From an uncultured Bacillaceae bacterium (GTDB lineage Bacteria > Bacillota > Bacilli > Bacillales > Alkalibacillaceae): a DNA stretch of 59,034 bases. Every line of letters begins with the position of its first letter. The stretch's first letter is position 1. The notes below the pieces were generated by a model. It had not been told where the DNA came from. It ran no database searches and was given only the letters and a program-made list of their open reading frames with translations. Location: NCBI GenBank assembly GCA_937958375.1, contig CALGNY010000210.1, positions 1-59,034 on the forward strand, given 5' to 3'. The position numbers were made by a program, and so were the translations under genes. This document shows, in pieces, positions 19,964 to 29,719 of this stretch.

Positions 19964-20758
19964 ATGAAATCAAAGAAACTCCGTTTATTTCTAGTATCTT
20001 TCGCATTCGTCATCGGGCTCTCATGGAACTTGTCAACCGAAACAACAGAAGCTTTCAGCGAACAAGTCATCCAGCAGGGAGCTGTCGGCGATGATGTCAT
20101 TGAGTTACAGGCAAGACTTCAATATATTGGTTTTTACAATGGAAAAATTGACGGTGTCTTTGGTTGGCGAACGTATTGGGCTGTCAGAAATTTTCAGTAT
20201 GAATTTGGATTGGAAGTCGATGGTTTTGTAGGTGAGACGACCAAGCAGGCGCTTGAACGATCGACAGAATATGACCAACAATATGTCAATCAACAAATCA
20301 ATGAGGGGCAAGACTTCACACATTATGGCGGTCAGGACCGGGATCAAGAAGGACAAGAAACCCAAGCACCATCACCGACAGCAGTCAATGTACCCAATGG
20401 ATTCTCTCAAAATGATATTCAACTGATGGCTCAAGCTGTTCATGGTGAGGCAAGAGGCGAGCCTTATGAAGGAAAAGTCGCTGTTGCGGCTGTCATTTTG
20501 AACCGGATTGAAAGCTCAACGTTTCCGGACACCATTTCTGGTGTTATTTATGAGCCGCTAGCATTTACAGCGGTAGCTGATGGACAGATTAATATGCAGC
20601 CGGATGAATCCTCAAGAGAGGCCGTTATGGATGCCATCAATGGTTGGGATCCTTCAGCCGGAGCAACATATTATTTTAACCCGGATACCGCGACATCGGA
20701 TTGGATTTGGAGCAGACCACAGATCAAAAAGATAGGAAAACATATCTTTTGTTACTAA
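19964..20758 (+). CDS. sleB: Spore cortex-lytic enzyme SleB
   Basis: Signal peptide, PG-binding domain, GEARGEPYEG, YYFNP, IGKHIFC. Confidence 0.95.
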   Translation: MKSKKLRLFLVSFAFVIGLSWNLSTETTEAFSEQVIQQGAVGDDVIELQARLQYIGFYNGKIDGVFGWRTYWAVRNFQYEFGLEVDGFVGETTKQALERSTEYDQQYVNQQINEGQDFTHYGGQDRDQEGQETQAPSPTAVNVPNGFSQNDIQLMAQAVHGEARGEPYEGKVAVAAVILNRIESSTFPDTISGVIYEPLAFTAVADGQINMQPDESSREAVMDAINGWDPSAGATYYFNPDTATSDWIWSRPQIKKIGKHIFCY

Positions 20759-20772
20759 AGGAGGGTTAACTA

Positions 20773-22107
20773 GTGATCAGATGGATTTCAATTGCGGTAT
20801 TGAGTATCGCATTAATTGGAACGGTGGTTTGGGGTTACCAAGAACATCAAGATAAAAATGCCGTGCTTGTGCATGCTGAAAACAGCTATCAACGAGCATT
20901 TCATGACTTAACGTACCGGATTGATTTGTTGCATGATAAGATCAGTACTGTCATGGCAACCAATACACCCGAACGATTATCTCCTCAAATGGCTGATATA
21001 TGGAAATTGACATCGGAAGCACACGCGGATGTCGGTCAATTACCCTTATCACTATTGCCGTTTAATAAAACGCAAGAATTTTTGACGAACATCGGTGAGT
21101 ATTCGTACCGGGTCGCGATCCGGGAATTGGAGGACGAACCGCTCAGTGAGGATGAGCTGAATTATTTGGCTGAATTATATGAACAAGCGAATGAAGTCAG
21201 AAGAGATTTGCGCGGTGTCCAGCATACGGTACTGAATGAAGGACTACGGTGGATGGATGTTGAAGTGGCTCTGGCGACAAATGAACCAGGCGATAATACG
21301 ATTATTGATGGTTTCCAAACCGTTGAAACGAACGCAGAAAGCTATATCGAAGCAGGTGACCAATTTGGTGTCACTGCATCTACGGAAGATGAAAAAGAAT
21401 TGCAATTAGATGGACAGGAAATTACTGAGGATCAAGCAGCACAAATGATTCGTGATCGATTCAATTTTGATGAATCGGTGAATATTCAAGTTTCTGAATC
21501 ACTAGACGGTTCACAGCTTCAAACCTACAACATATCATTTGAAAACGGCGATACACGAGGATTTGCAGAAATGAGTAAGAAAGGTGGTCATGTCATTACT
21601 TTTATGATGAACCGAGACCTCCAAGATGCTGAAATCAGCCTCCATGACGGGATGAACCGTGCAGCGGAGCGGTTAGAGGAATTAGGATATGAAGATATGG
21701 AACCGATGGAGACGACTCAATATGAAAGGGTCGGCGTCTATTCATTCGTCCGAACAGAAGATGATGTCTATTACCGTCCAGACCGAATTCAGGTGAAAGT
21801 TGCGTTGGATAACGGTGAAATAACGGCCTTATCGGCAAGAGACTATCTCGTCAACCAATTTTCTAGAGATGATGTCGATTTTGAACGAAACTTAAGTGAG
21901 GAAGAAGCACTCGATTTGGTCAACCCGGCACTAGAAGTCGAAGAAACGAGAATGGCTGTCATCAAAAACGATTTGGATGAAGAAGTGTTGACGTATGAGT
22001 TTCTCGGAAGGGCAAATGATTCGACCTACCGGGTTCATATCAATGCGGATGATGGCTTTGAAGAAAGTATTGTTCGACTGAAACAGAGTGAAGAAATTTT
22101 TCAATAA
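20773..22107 (+). CDS. ypeB: Germination protein YpeB
   Basis: AENSYQRAFHDL, LRWMDVE, C-terminal PepSY; follows sleB. Confidence 0.93.
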   Translation: MIRWISIAVLSIALIGTVVWGYQEHQDKNAVLVHAENSYQRAFHDLTYRIDLLHDKISTVMATNTPERLSPQMADIWKLTSEAHADVGQLPLSLLPFNKTQEFLTNIGEYSYRVAIRELEDEPLSEDELNYLAELYEQANEVRRDLRGVQHTVLNEGLRWMDVEVALATNEPGDNTIIDGFQTVETNAESYIEAGDQFGVTASTEDEKELQLDGQEITEDQAAQMIRDRFNFDESVNIQVSESLDGSQLQTYNISFENGDTRGFAEMSKKGGHVITFMMNRDLQDAEISLHDGMNRAAERLEELGYEDMEPMETTQYERVGVYSFVRTEDDVYYRPDRIQVKVALDNGEITALSARDYLVNQFSRDDVDFERNLSEEEALDLVNPALEVEETRMAVIKNDLDEEVLTYEFLGRANDSTYRVHINADDGFEESIVRLKQSEEIFQ

Positions 22108-22119
22108 GATCAAGGTTCT

Positions 22120-22153
22120 AAAAGGGAAAGACAAAATGTGTCTTTTCCTTTTT
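22120..22153 (+). terminator. Terminator after ypeB
   Basis: AAAGGGAAAGACA / TGTCTTTTCCTTT stem plus T tail. Confidence 0.7.
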
Positions 22154-22195
22154 CATTTTTTTTGCAATAATGATAGTATCTCAAGATGAAGGGGA

Positions 22196-22891
22196 ATGAC
22201 AACCATGTTTACAGTCGGTATGCGAATCACACTCGAAATGGAACAGCATGGTGAGCGAGAACAATATACAAGTAAGCTAATGGAGTATAACAAAAAATAT
22301 CTATTCATCACGTACCCGACACATTCAAGAAAAAGCACAACCGCTTTTGTGCCGGACGGCGAAAAAGTTTTCGTTTCGATCGTTGCTGATAATAATATTG
22401 TCTATGAGTTTACGACAGAAGTTTTGGGCAGAAAACGAATCAAAAAAGTCCCTGTGCTCTATTTACGCATGCCGCACACTTCAGAGATCAGAAAAATTCA
22501 ACGTAGACAGTATGTACGTGTTGACAGCAAATTGGATGTTGCAGTCTATCCAGCAGCTGAACATAAAGAGCCATTGATTACGAGGTCTGTTGATATTAGT
22601 GGGGGCGGTCTGGCAGTAGTCGCCAAGAACGAGGATGGATTTGAACCCGGTGAACCCGTTCAATTGACTATTGTGCTACCATTCAAATCGGATCACTATG
22701 AATATGTCGATTGTCCGGGAGAAATCATACGCTATTTTACGGACAAACATCATCCCGATCCTCGAATATCCATTAAATTTACAGACATCAAGGACGAAGA
22801 CCGCGAAAAAATCATTAAATTTATTTTTGAAAAACAACTAGAAGAAAGACGGAAGCTGGCTTATTCCCAGCACAGGAGGAAACGTTTATGA
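22196..22891 (+). CDS. ypfA: PilZ-domain c-di-GMP flagellar brake (YpfA/MotI)
   Basis: QRRQYVR (RxxxR) and DISGGG (DxSxxG); upstream of cmk. Confidence 0.88.
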   Translation: MTTMFTVGMRITLEMEQHGEREQYTSKLMEYNKKYLFITYPTHSRKSTTAFVPDGEKVFVSIVADNNIVYEFTTEVLGRKRIKKVPVLYLRMPHTSEIRKIQRRQYVRVDSKLDVAVYPAAEHKEPLITRSVDISGGGLAVVAKNEDGFEPGEPVQLTIVLPFKSDHYEYVDCPGEIIRYFTDKHHPDPRISIKFTDIKDEDREKIIKFIFEKQLEERRKLAYSQHRRKRL

Positions 22892-23559
22892 AAATTGCCA
22901 TTGATGGACCTGCAGCTGCAGGGAAAAGTACAGTAGCTAAAATGCTGGCCAAAGAGTTAGGTTATTTATATATTGATACGGGAGCGATGTATCGTGCACT
23001 TACGCTCGTTGCCTTGAAAGCGTCTGTCAACTTAGAGCAAGAGCATGAACTCGTTAAACTGGCCAACGAAACGACGATCACTTTTCGTCCCAGAAATGAA
23101 GAGACCCAAGAGGTATATGTCAATGACGCGAACGTATCAGAAGAAATACGGGATAAAGAAGTGACCAATCATGTTTCAATTGTTGCCAAGCATCGTCTAA
23201 TCCGTGAAAAGATGGTCGCCATGCAGCAACAATTAGCCCAAAAAGGGAATGTCGTCATGGACGGTAGGGACATTGGCACGCATGTCCTTCCGAATGCGGA
23301 AGTGAAAATATTCCTGATCGCCTCTGTTGAAGAAAGGGCTAACCGAAGACATCAAGAGAATATTGAACGCGGTTTTGAATCGGATTTAGAAACATTGAAA
23401 GAAGAAATCCGCAAACGTGACCAACTAGATTCTGAGCGTGAAGTGGCTCCATTGGTGAAGGCCGAAGATGCAATTGAAGTAGATACGACGTCCATGAACA
23501 TCGAAGAAGTCAAAGATGAAATTCTCCGCATAGTGAAGAATCAAGAAAAGAGGAAATAA
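22888..23559 (+). CDS. cmk: Cytidylate kinase
   Basis: [28 protein letters not shown]. Confidence 0.97.
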   Translation: MKIAIDGPAAAGKSTVAKMLAKELGYLYIDTGAMYRALTLVALKASVNLEQEHELVKLANETTITFRPRNEETQEVYVNDANVSEEIRDKEVTNHVSIVAKHRLIREKMVAMQQQLAQKGNVVMDGRDIGTHVLPNAEVKIFLIASVEERANRRHQENIERGFESDLETLKEEIRKRDQLDSEREVAPLVKAEDAIEVDTTSMNIEEVKDEILRIVKNQEKRK

Positions 23560-23563
23560 ATCC

Positions 23564-24145
23564 ATGTTATATCCATTAGGAAAGTTTATCGTATCCGTTT
23601 TATTTAAATTTCTTTTTCGAATCCAAGTCATTGGAAAAGAGAATATCCCTAAATCGGGGCCAGTCATTATTTGTTCCAACCACATATCAAATTACGACCC
23701 ACCAACCGTGGGAATTACATCACCTCGGCCAATCCACTTTATGGCCAAAGAAGAGCTTTTTGAAAAGAAAGGCTTAGGATTCATCTTGAGAAATGTCAGA
23801 GCCTTTCCGGTCAAACGTGGAATGCGTGACCGAAATGCCTTGCGGACAGGCCTGAAGATCCTGGAAGAAGGAAATGTCATTGGCCTTTTCCCTGAGGGGA
23901 CGAGGAGCAAAGATGGCGTATTGAAAAAAGGCTTGGCAGGCGCTGGATTCTTTGCGATGCGTTCGAAAGCAAAGGTGATTCCTTGTGCGATCATCGGTAA
24001 CTATGAAAAGAAAAAACCTTTGACCGTGGTTTATGGTGAACCAATCGAATTTGAAACCTTAAAAGAAGGAAAACCTTCCGCACAAGATGTAACCGATGAA
24101 ATTATGGAAAATATAAAGCGATTATTAGATGAATACAGAAAATGA
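23564..24145 (+). CDS. plsC: 1-acyl-sn-glycerol-3-phosphate acyltransferase
   Basis: NHISNYDP (HX4D), FPEGTRS. Confidence 0.88.
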   Translation: MLYPLGKFIVSVLFKFLFRIQVIGKENIPKSGPVIICSNHISNYDPPTVGITSPRPIHFMAKEELFEKKGLGFILRNVRAFPVKRGMRDRNALRTGLKILEEGNVIGLFPEGTRSKDGVLKKGLAGAGFFAMRSKAKVIPCAIIGNYEKKKPLTVVYGEPIEFETLKEGKPSAQDVTDEIMENIKRLLDEYRK

Positions 24146-24207
24146 TGTTATGATTTATTTAGTCCAACTAAATGATGAAAGAGTCTGGGAGTGAAGGAGG
24201 CGTTATC

Positions 24208-25338
24208 ATGGCAGAAGGTCATGAAAACAATGAAGAAGTTTTGAATGTCGGAGATGAATTGAAAGTAACTGTATTGAAATTAGAAGAGAAGCAAGTCATT
24301 GTAGATACAGGAACTAAATTTGATGGTGTCATTCCAATTTCCGAACTTTCTCATTTGCATGTTGACCACACAAATGAAGTCCTTTCTGAAGGCGATGAAA
24401 TCGATGTCGTGGTCAAAAAAGTGGAAGAAGATACAATTATTTTATCGAAAAAAATGAAAGATCGCGAAGTAGCTTACCGAGAGCTCAGTGAGCGTTTCGA
24501 AAATGATGAAGTTTTCGAAGTGGAAATCATTGAAGCCGTTAAGGGTGGGCTTGTTGTGAATGCTGGTTTGAGTGCCTTTATGCCTGCATCACATATTGAA
24601 ACACACTACGTAGAAGATTTGAATGAATACAAAGGAAAAACACTTCCTGTTAAAATCATTGAAATGAATGAAGAAAAGAACCGAATCATCGTTTCACACC
24701 GTGCTGTGAAAGAAGAAGAGCAGGAAGCACAAAAACAAGAACTTCTCCAAAAAATCGAGGTGGGGAACACGGTCGAGGGAACCGTCCAGCGACTTGCCCC
24801 ATTTGGTGTGTTCGTTGATCTAGGCGGAATCGATGGGCTGATCCACATCTCTCAATTGTCTCATCAGCATGTTGACAAGCCTGAAGATGTCGTCAGTGAG
24901 GGCGAGCAATTGAAAGTCAAAGTCATTTCAGTCGATCGGGATACCGAACGGATTGGTCTGTCCCTAAAAGAAACGCTGCCTGGGCCATGGGATGATGTTG
25001 AAAATCAAATCGAAGTGGGCAGTGTTGTTGAAGGAACCGTAGTCCGTATGATACATTTCGGTGCTTTTGTCGAAGTGCTACCAGGCGTAGAAGGTCTTGT
25101 CCATATTTCGCAAATTTCGAAAGAACATATCGGCAGACCAGAAGAAGTGCTGGAAGAAGGACAAAAGGTGAAAGCAAAAGTACTTGAAGTCAACGGAGAA
25201 AAGAAACGAATCTCTCTAAGTATTCGTGAAGTGGAAGAAGACAACGACCGCAATGAATACAAAAAGTATCAAAGTGACCAAGATGACCACACGTTCCAGC
25301 TCGGTGACATCATTGGTGACAAACTGAAAAAAATGTGA
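24208..25338 (+). CDS. rpsA: Ribosomal protein S1 homolog (four S1 domains)
   Basis: Repeated S1 motifs (FGVFVDLGG.DGLIHISQ; FGAFVE..EGLVHISQ); ATG after AAGGAGG. Confidence 0.93.
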   Translation: MAEGHENNEEVLNVGDELKVTVLKLEEKQVIVDTGTKFDGVIPISELSHLHVDHTNEVLSEGDEIDVVVKKVEEDTIILSKKMKDREVAYRELSERFENDEVFEVEIIEAVKGGLVVNAGLSAFMPASHIETHYVEDLNEYKGKTLPVKIIEMNEEKNRIIVSHRAVKEEEQEAQKQELLQKIEVGNTVEGTVQRLAPFGVFVDLGGIDGLIHISQLSHQHVDKPEDVVSEGEQLKVKVISVDRDTERIGLSLKETLPGPWDDVENQIEVGSVVEGTVVRMIHFGAFVEVLPGVEGLVHISQISKEHIGRPEEVLEEGQKVKAKVLEVNGEKKRISLSIREVEEDNDRNEYKKYQSDQDDHTFQLGDIIGDKLKKM

Positions 25339-25403
25339 GATTAATCGGTTCAAATTAGCCATCTACAAAAGGAATGCTAGATGGACTTTAAGCCAATACT
25401 TTT

Positions 25404-25435
25404 GATAAAAGTGGCATCACGCCACTTTTTTTATC
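25404..25435. terminator. Terminator after rpsA
   Basis: AAAAGTGGC / GCCACTTTT stem plus T run. Confidence 0.75.
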
Positions 25436-25490
25436 GTAAAGTTTCATACCATCATACTTCAGTGGCATGTAAATAAAGGAATGAGTGCAG

Positions 25491-26801
25491 ATGAGAAAAT
25501 CGACAGTCGCGATTGTCGGAAGACCGAATGTCGGAAAGTCAACGATTTTTAACCGTTTGGTCGGAGAGCGGATCTCGATTGTGGAGGACACACCAGGTGT
25601 CACCCGTGATCGGATTTATGCGAAAGCCGAATGGTTGAACACCGAATTTAATCTGATTGACACCGGTGGGATTGACCTAAGTGATGAGCCACTTTTGGTT
25701 CAAGTGAGGGAGCAAGCAGAAGTTGCCATTCGTGAATCAGACGTGATCATATTTCTCGTAAACGGACGAGAAGGAATCACGAGTGCGGATGAAGAGGTCG
25801 CCAAAATTTTGTTTCGCTCGAACAAGCCTGTCGTACTGGCTGTCAATAAAGTGGATAGTTATGAAATGCAGCAAGAAATTTATGAGTTCTATTCACTCGG
25901 CTTTGGCCAACCCTATCCCATTTCAGGTACGCATGGACTTGGGCTTGGGGACTTGCTTGATGAAGTCGTCAAACATTTTCCGGACCGTAGTGGTGAAATC
26001 GAAGAAGAAGATCGAATTTACTTTTCATTAATTGGCCGGCCGAATGTCGGAAAATCTTCTCTTGTGAACGCGCTATTAGGTGAAGAGCGGGTCATCGTCA
26101 GTGATATTGAAGGAACGACAAAGGATGCGGTGGACACCTCTTTTACAAGAGAGGGACAAGATTTCACCATTATTGATACAGCCGGAATGCGAAAACGCGG
26201 AAAAGTTTATGAAGCAACAGAAAAATATAGTGTGCTACGTGCGATGAGAGCGATTGAACGTTCGGATGTCGTCCTCGTTTTGATTGATGCCGAAACTGGA
26301 ATCCGTGAACAAGACAAAAGAATAGCAGGTTATGCACATGAAGCTGGGCGGGCGATTGTGATCGTCGTCAATAAATGGGATACCGTCGAACGAAGTCAAG
26401 AAGCTATGAGTGATTTTGAGAAGGAAGTTCGGCAGCATTTTCAGTTTTTGAGCTATGCGCCCATTGTGTTTTTATCGGCTAAAACGAAAAAGAGATTGCA
26501 CACATTGCTGCCTGCTGTCACTTTGGCTGGGGAAAACCATGCCAAGCGTGTGAAAACCAATGTATTGAATGAAGTGATTGAGGATTCGTTAGCGGTCAAC
26601 CCGACGCCATCGGTTAAAGGCCAAAAGTTGAAAATTCTCTATGCAACACAAGTCGCCACGAAACCACCGACCTTTGTTGTCTTCGTGAACGACCCACAGT
26701 TGATGCACTTTACGTATGAACGATTTCTTGAAAACCGAATTCGTGATGCGTTCGGCTTTCAAGGGACACCGGTAAAAATATATGCAAGAAGAAGAAGTTA
26801 A
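25491..26801 (+). CDS. der: Ribosome biogenesis GTPase Der (EngA)
   Basis: Two GRPNVGKS P-loops, DTGG/DTAG, NKVD/NKWD, KH-like tail. Confidence 0.97.
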   Translation: MRKSTVAIVGRPNVGKSTIFNRLVGERISIVEDTPGVTRDRIYAKAEWLNTEFNLIDTGGIDLSDEPLLVQVREQAEVAIRESDVIIFLVNGREGITSADEEVAKILFRSNKPVVLAVNKVDSYEMQQEIYEFYSLGFGQPYPISGTHGLGLGDLLDEVVKHFPDRSGEIEEEDRIYFSLIGRPNVGKSSLVNALLGEERVIVSDIEGTTKDAVDTSFTREGQDFTIIDTAGMRKRGKVYEATEKYSVLRAMRAIERSDVVLVLIDAETGIREQDKRIAGYAHEAGRAIVIVVNKWDTVERSQEAMSDFEKEVRQHFQFLSYAPIVFLSAKTKKRLHTLLPAVTLAGENHAKRVKTNVLNEVIEDSLAVNPTPSVKGQKLKILYATQVATKPPTFVVFVNDPQLMHFTYERFLENRIRDAFGFQGTPVKIYARRRS

Positions 26802-26814
26802 TCGGGGTGGAACA

Positions 26815-27846
26815 ATGAAAAAGATAAGTGTGCTTGGAGCAGGTAGCTGGGGAACCGCTTTGGCGATTGTTTTGGCACAAAACGGACATGAAGTTCGATT
26901 ATGGTCACACCGGAAAGAACAAGCACAAGAAATCAATGATCAGAAAACCAATCGGCACTATTTGCCTGAAGTCACGTTACCAAAAAATATCGTCGGCTAT
27001 CATGATCTCGCTCAAGCAGTGACCGGAAGTGATGCTATTCTTTTTGTCGTACCTACCAAAGCAATCCGGGATGTATCAAAGCAGGTCAAGCCTCATTTAT
27101 CGGCTGATCAATTGATTATACACGCATCCAAAGGAATCGAACCTGGTACCCATAAACGAATCTCTGAGATGTTGTCAGAAGAACTCGGTGATTCTTTCGG
27201 TGAAAAAGTTGTTGTTCTTTCGGGACCGAGCCACGCAGAGGAAGTTGCACTACAACAACCGACAACGGTTACAGTTTCCTCCAAGAATATGAAAATGGCA
27301 GAAAAAGTGCAGGATCTATTCATGAATGATGTTTTTCGTGTATATACCAACGAGGATTTCATCGGTGTTGAAATTGGCGGCGCATTAAAGAATATCATAG
27401 CATTGGGTGCCGGCATTTCAGATGGACTCGGCCATGGGGATAATGCAAAGGCTGCGTTGATCACCCGTGGCTTGGCTGAAATCGCAAAGCTTGGCATTAA
27501 ACTGGGAGCAACGCCAATGACTTTTGCTGGACTCACAGGCATCGGTGATCTCATCGTGACTTGCACGAGTCAACATAGCCGAAATTACCGAGCAGGGAAT
27601 ATGCTTGGAAAAGGATATGTCTTAGATGACGTGCTGGATCAAATGGGTATGGTCGTTGAAGGTGTCCGTACGACAAAGGCTGTCCATCAGCTTGCCGAAA
27701 AAACAGGTGTCGATATGCCAATCACACGAGGAATTTATGAAATTTTATTCAACGAGAAAGACCCAAAAGAAGTCGTTGACGACCTGATGCGCCGCGGAAA
27801 AACAAATGAGCTGAACGCACTTTCTTCTGATGGATATGATCAATAA
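26815..27846 (+). CDS. gpsA: NAD(P)H-dependent glycerol-3-phosphate dehydrogenase
   Basis: GAGSWGTA, LSGPSHAEE, GDLIVTC..SRN. Confidence 0.96.
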   Translation: MKKISVLGAGSWGTALAIVLAQNGHEVRLWSHRKEQAQEINDQKTNRHYLPEVTLPKNIVGYHDLAQAVTGSDAILFVVPTKAIRDVSKQVKPHLSADQLIIHASKGIEPGTHKRISEMLSEELGDSFGEKVVVLSGPSHAEEVALQQPTTVTVSSKNMKMAEKVQDLFMNDVFRVYTNEDFIGVEIGGALKNIIALGAGISDGLGHGDNAKAALITRGLAEIAKLGIKLGATPMTFAGLTGIGDLIVTCTSQHSRNYRAGNMLGKGYVLDDVLDQMGMVVEGVRTTKAVHQLAEKTGVDMPITRGIYEILFNEKDPKEVVDDLMRRGKTNELNALSSDGYDQ

Positions 27847-27888
27847 CTATTTTTTCGTCTGAAAACTGTCTTCAATAGATTGAAACGA

Positions 27889-27915
27889 ACAGGTTTCCTC
27901 GCAATGCATATAGTA
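27889..27915 (+). promoter_or_regulatory. SigK-type promoter of the spoVIF-like gene
   Basis: AC-N16-CATATAGTA matches AC-N16-CATANNNTA. Confidence 0.65.
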
Positions 27916-27945
27916 ATATGAATGCATTCGTAAGGAGGAAACACG

Positions 27946-28209
27946 ATGGGAGACGACATTCAGAAGAAAATTATGAACCATCTGAACAAGAAAGCTCAAA
28001 TTTCACCACAGGAAATCATGCAAGTGGCCAATGCGATGCAAAGCGCAAATTTTTCAGATGAGAAGACGGTCAGAAAGCTTGTCAGACAACTTGGTCAAAT
28101 GGCCAATAAACCTGTCAGCAAGGATAAAGAAGACCGTATTGTCGAATTGGTGACGAAGAAGAATAAGTCGATGGATGCAAATATGCTACAACAAATTTTT
28201 AAAAATTAG
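27946..28209 (+). CDS. Stage VI sporulation protein F-like protein
   Basis: ANFSDEKTVRKLVRQL..ANKPVSKDKED motif; AAGGAGG SD; SigK-like promoter. Confidence 0.8.
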   Translation: MGDDIQKKIMNHLNKKAQISPQEIMQVANAMQSANFSDEKTVRKLVRQLGQMANKPVSKDKEDRIVELVTKKNKSMDANMLQQIFKN

Positions 28210-28299
28210 CGTGAGATAGGCAGGCGAACTTTGCAAACCCATATGATACTCATATGATATGGTGAAGGAATGTTGAGCTGCTTGTGAGGAATTAGTCTG

Positions 28300-28330
28300 A
28301 AGAGGTGTATGCCCCTACACCTCTTTTTAT
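28300..28330 (+). terminator. Intrinsic terminator
   Basis: AAGAGGTGTA / TACACCTCTT stem plus T run. Confidence 0.85.
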
Positions 28331-28408
28331 TTTTGTTCAAAAATCGTTAGTGTGATCAAGGATGTACGCTCACTGGTTTTCTTATAATCGGTTTTGAAAC
28401 TGGATGAT

Positions 28409-28518
28409 TCAACGCGGATTTTTCCTTTATCAGTGCGTTGAGATGTGATTTTTCATCGTTCAACGCAGTGAGAAAACCGAACAGTACACTGAGAAGAGCA
28501 TTTTCATAGCTCAATGCA
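28409..28518. repeat. Degenerate 51-bp-period dyad repeat
   Basis: TCAAYGC at 28409, 28460 and 28511; 28431-28467 vs 28482-28518 match at 27/37; inverted TGCGTTGA/TCAACGCA. Confidence 0.6.
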
Positions 28519-28647
28519 TGGTTAAAATGCTTCTGATGGTCTGAAAATCTTTCTATGATAAGAATTCACAAAGCTTTCAATGGTAACTCCTTAATATGCA
28601 CAAGGATTGTATGGTATAATTTTGGAGGAAGAAAGCGAGGTAGTAAC

Positions 28648-28848
28648 ATGTCTCAAGCAATGTTGAATATGTACATATCGTTTGGCGGAATGATTTTACT
28701 CTTTGCATCTACCGGTTTAATTATCTTGGCGCGCAATAAATTATCGGGCGTATTGAAATTTATTACGACACTTTTGGCGTATGTTTGCTTACTCGTCGGT
28801 GGAATTATTATTTTCTATATCGTTCTAAGCGGACCAACTGCAGAATGA
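28648..28848 (+). CDS. yphE: DUF2768/YphE small membrane protein
   Basis: MSQAMLNMYISF..two TM..SGPT; synteny. Confidence 0.8.
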   Translation: MSQAMLNMYISFGGMILLFASTGLIILARNKLSGVLKFITTLLAYVCLLVGGIIIFYIVLSGPTAE

Positions 28849-28858
28849 GGGATTAATT

Positions 28859-29566
28859 ATGCGAATGTTAGTAATCATCCTGACAAGCATCCTTTTATCA
28901 GGATGTCTTTACCCAAATGATCAATTAAGTGAAAATGAAGCAACCAATGACGAACAACTCAATCGTGTCCAAGCAGCTGTCGATGAATATCGGGAAGCAA
29001 ATAATGGATTGTTGCCGATTGAAACAAGAGACCAGGAAACCCCTATTTTCATTAAATATCCCATTGATTTTCAAGTGTTACGGGAGCAGGGGATAATGGG
29101 TGAAGTTCCTGGCAATTCGTATGCGGGCGGTGGCCCTTATACTTATGTTCTCATTGATGTAGAAGAGGAACCGAAAGTAAAAGTTGTCGATTCGCGGGTA
29201 ACGCAACGGCTTCGTACGGTGAACTATGAAATCAATTTATACCGGAACAAAAACAATTATGCACCCTTTGGCGAACGGATTGGTGATGGCATTTTTACGA
29301 TCGATCCGAATAAGCTAGAATTAAACAATGGCTATACCGTCGAAAGTCCTTATTCGGGACAAGAATTGGATATTATTTTAGGGAAAGAGGGACAAGCGAA
29401 GGTCGATTTCCGGCCTGATGTTTACCAACTGATGGAGCGCGAGGGAATTGATGCTTACGATGGCGATCTTCGCTATCTTCTTGCTGAACATTATCCAATT
29501 GTTCCTGCTTATTCACCAGCTATGTTTTTGGAAAACGATGAAATTATTTTGAAACAAGCTGAATAA
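28859..29566 (+). CDS. yphF: YphF-like lipoprotein
   Basis: Lipobox LSGC followed by LYP; GLLPI..KYPIDF; precedes spoIVA. Confidence 0.8.
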   Translation: MRMLVIILTSILLSGCLYPNDQLSENEATNDEQLNRVQAAVDEYREANNGLLPIETRDQETPIFIKYPIDFQVLREQGIMGEVPGNSYAGGGPYTYVLIDVEEEPKVKVVDSRVTQRLRTVNYEINLYRNKNNYAPFGERIGDGIFTIDPNKLELNNGYTVESPYSGQELDIILGKEGQAKVDFRPDVYQLMEREGIDAYDGDLRYLLAEHYPIVPAYSPAMFLENDEIILKQAE

Positions 29567-29581
29567 TATCAACGCATAAGC

Positions 29582-29621
29582 ATAGAGATTCTACTAGGAG
29601 CTGTAGAATCTCTATTTTTTT
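29582..29621 (+). terminator. Terminator after yphF
   Basis: ATAGAGATTCTAC / GTAGAATCTCTAT plus T run. Confidence 0.8.
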
Positions 29622-29633
29622 ATATCTTTCTTG

Positions 29634-29663
29634 GCATAATCAAGTAGGACAACATCATAAGTT
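29634..29663 (+). promoter_or_regulatory. SigE-type promoter of spoIVA
   Basis: GCATAAT-N15-CATAAGTT; spoIVA is SigE-controlled in Bacillus. Confidence 0.6.
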
Positions 29664-29719
29664 ATTAATGCATACGAATAACAGTTGATCGATACTGTAT
29701 AAAAGGTCGGAGGGATTAG

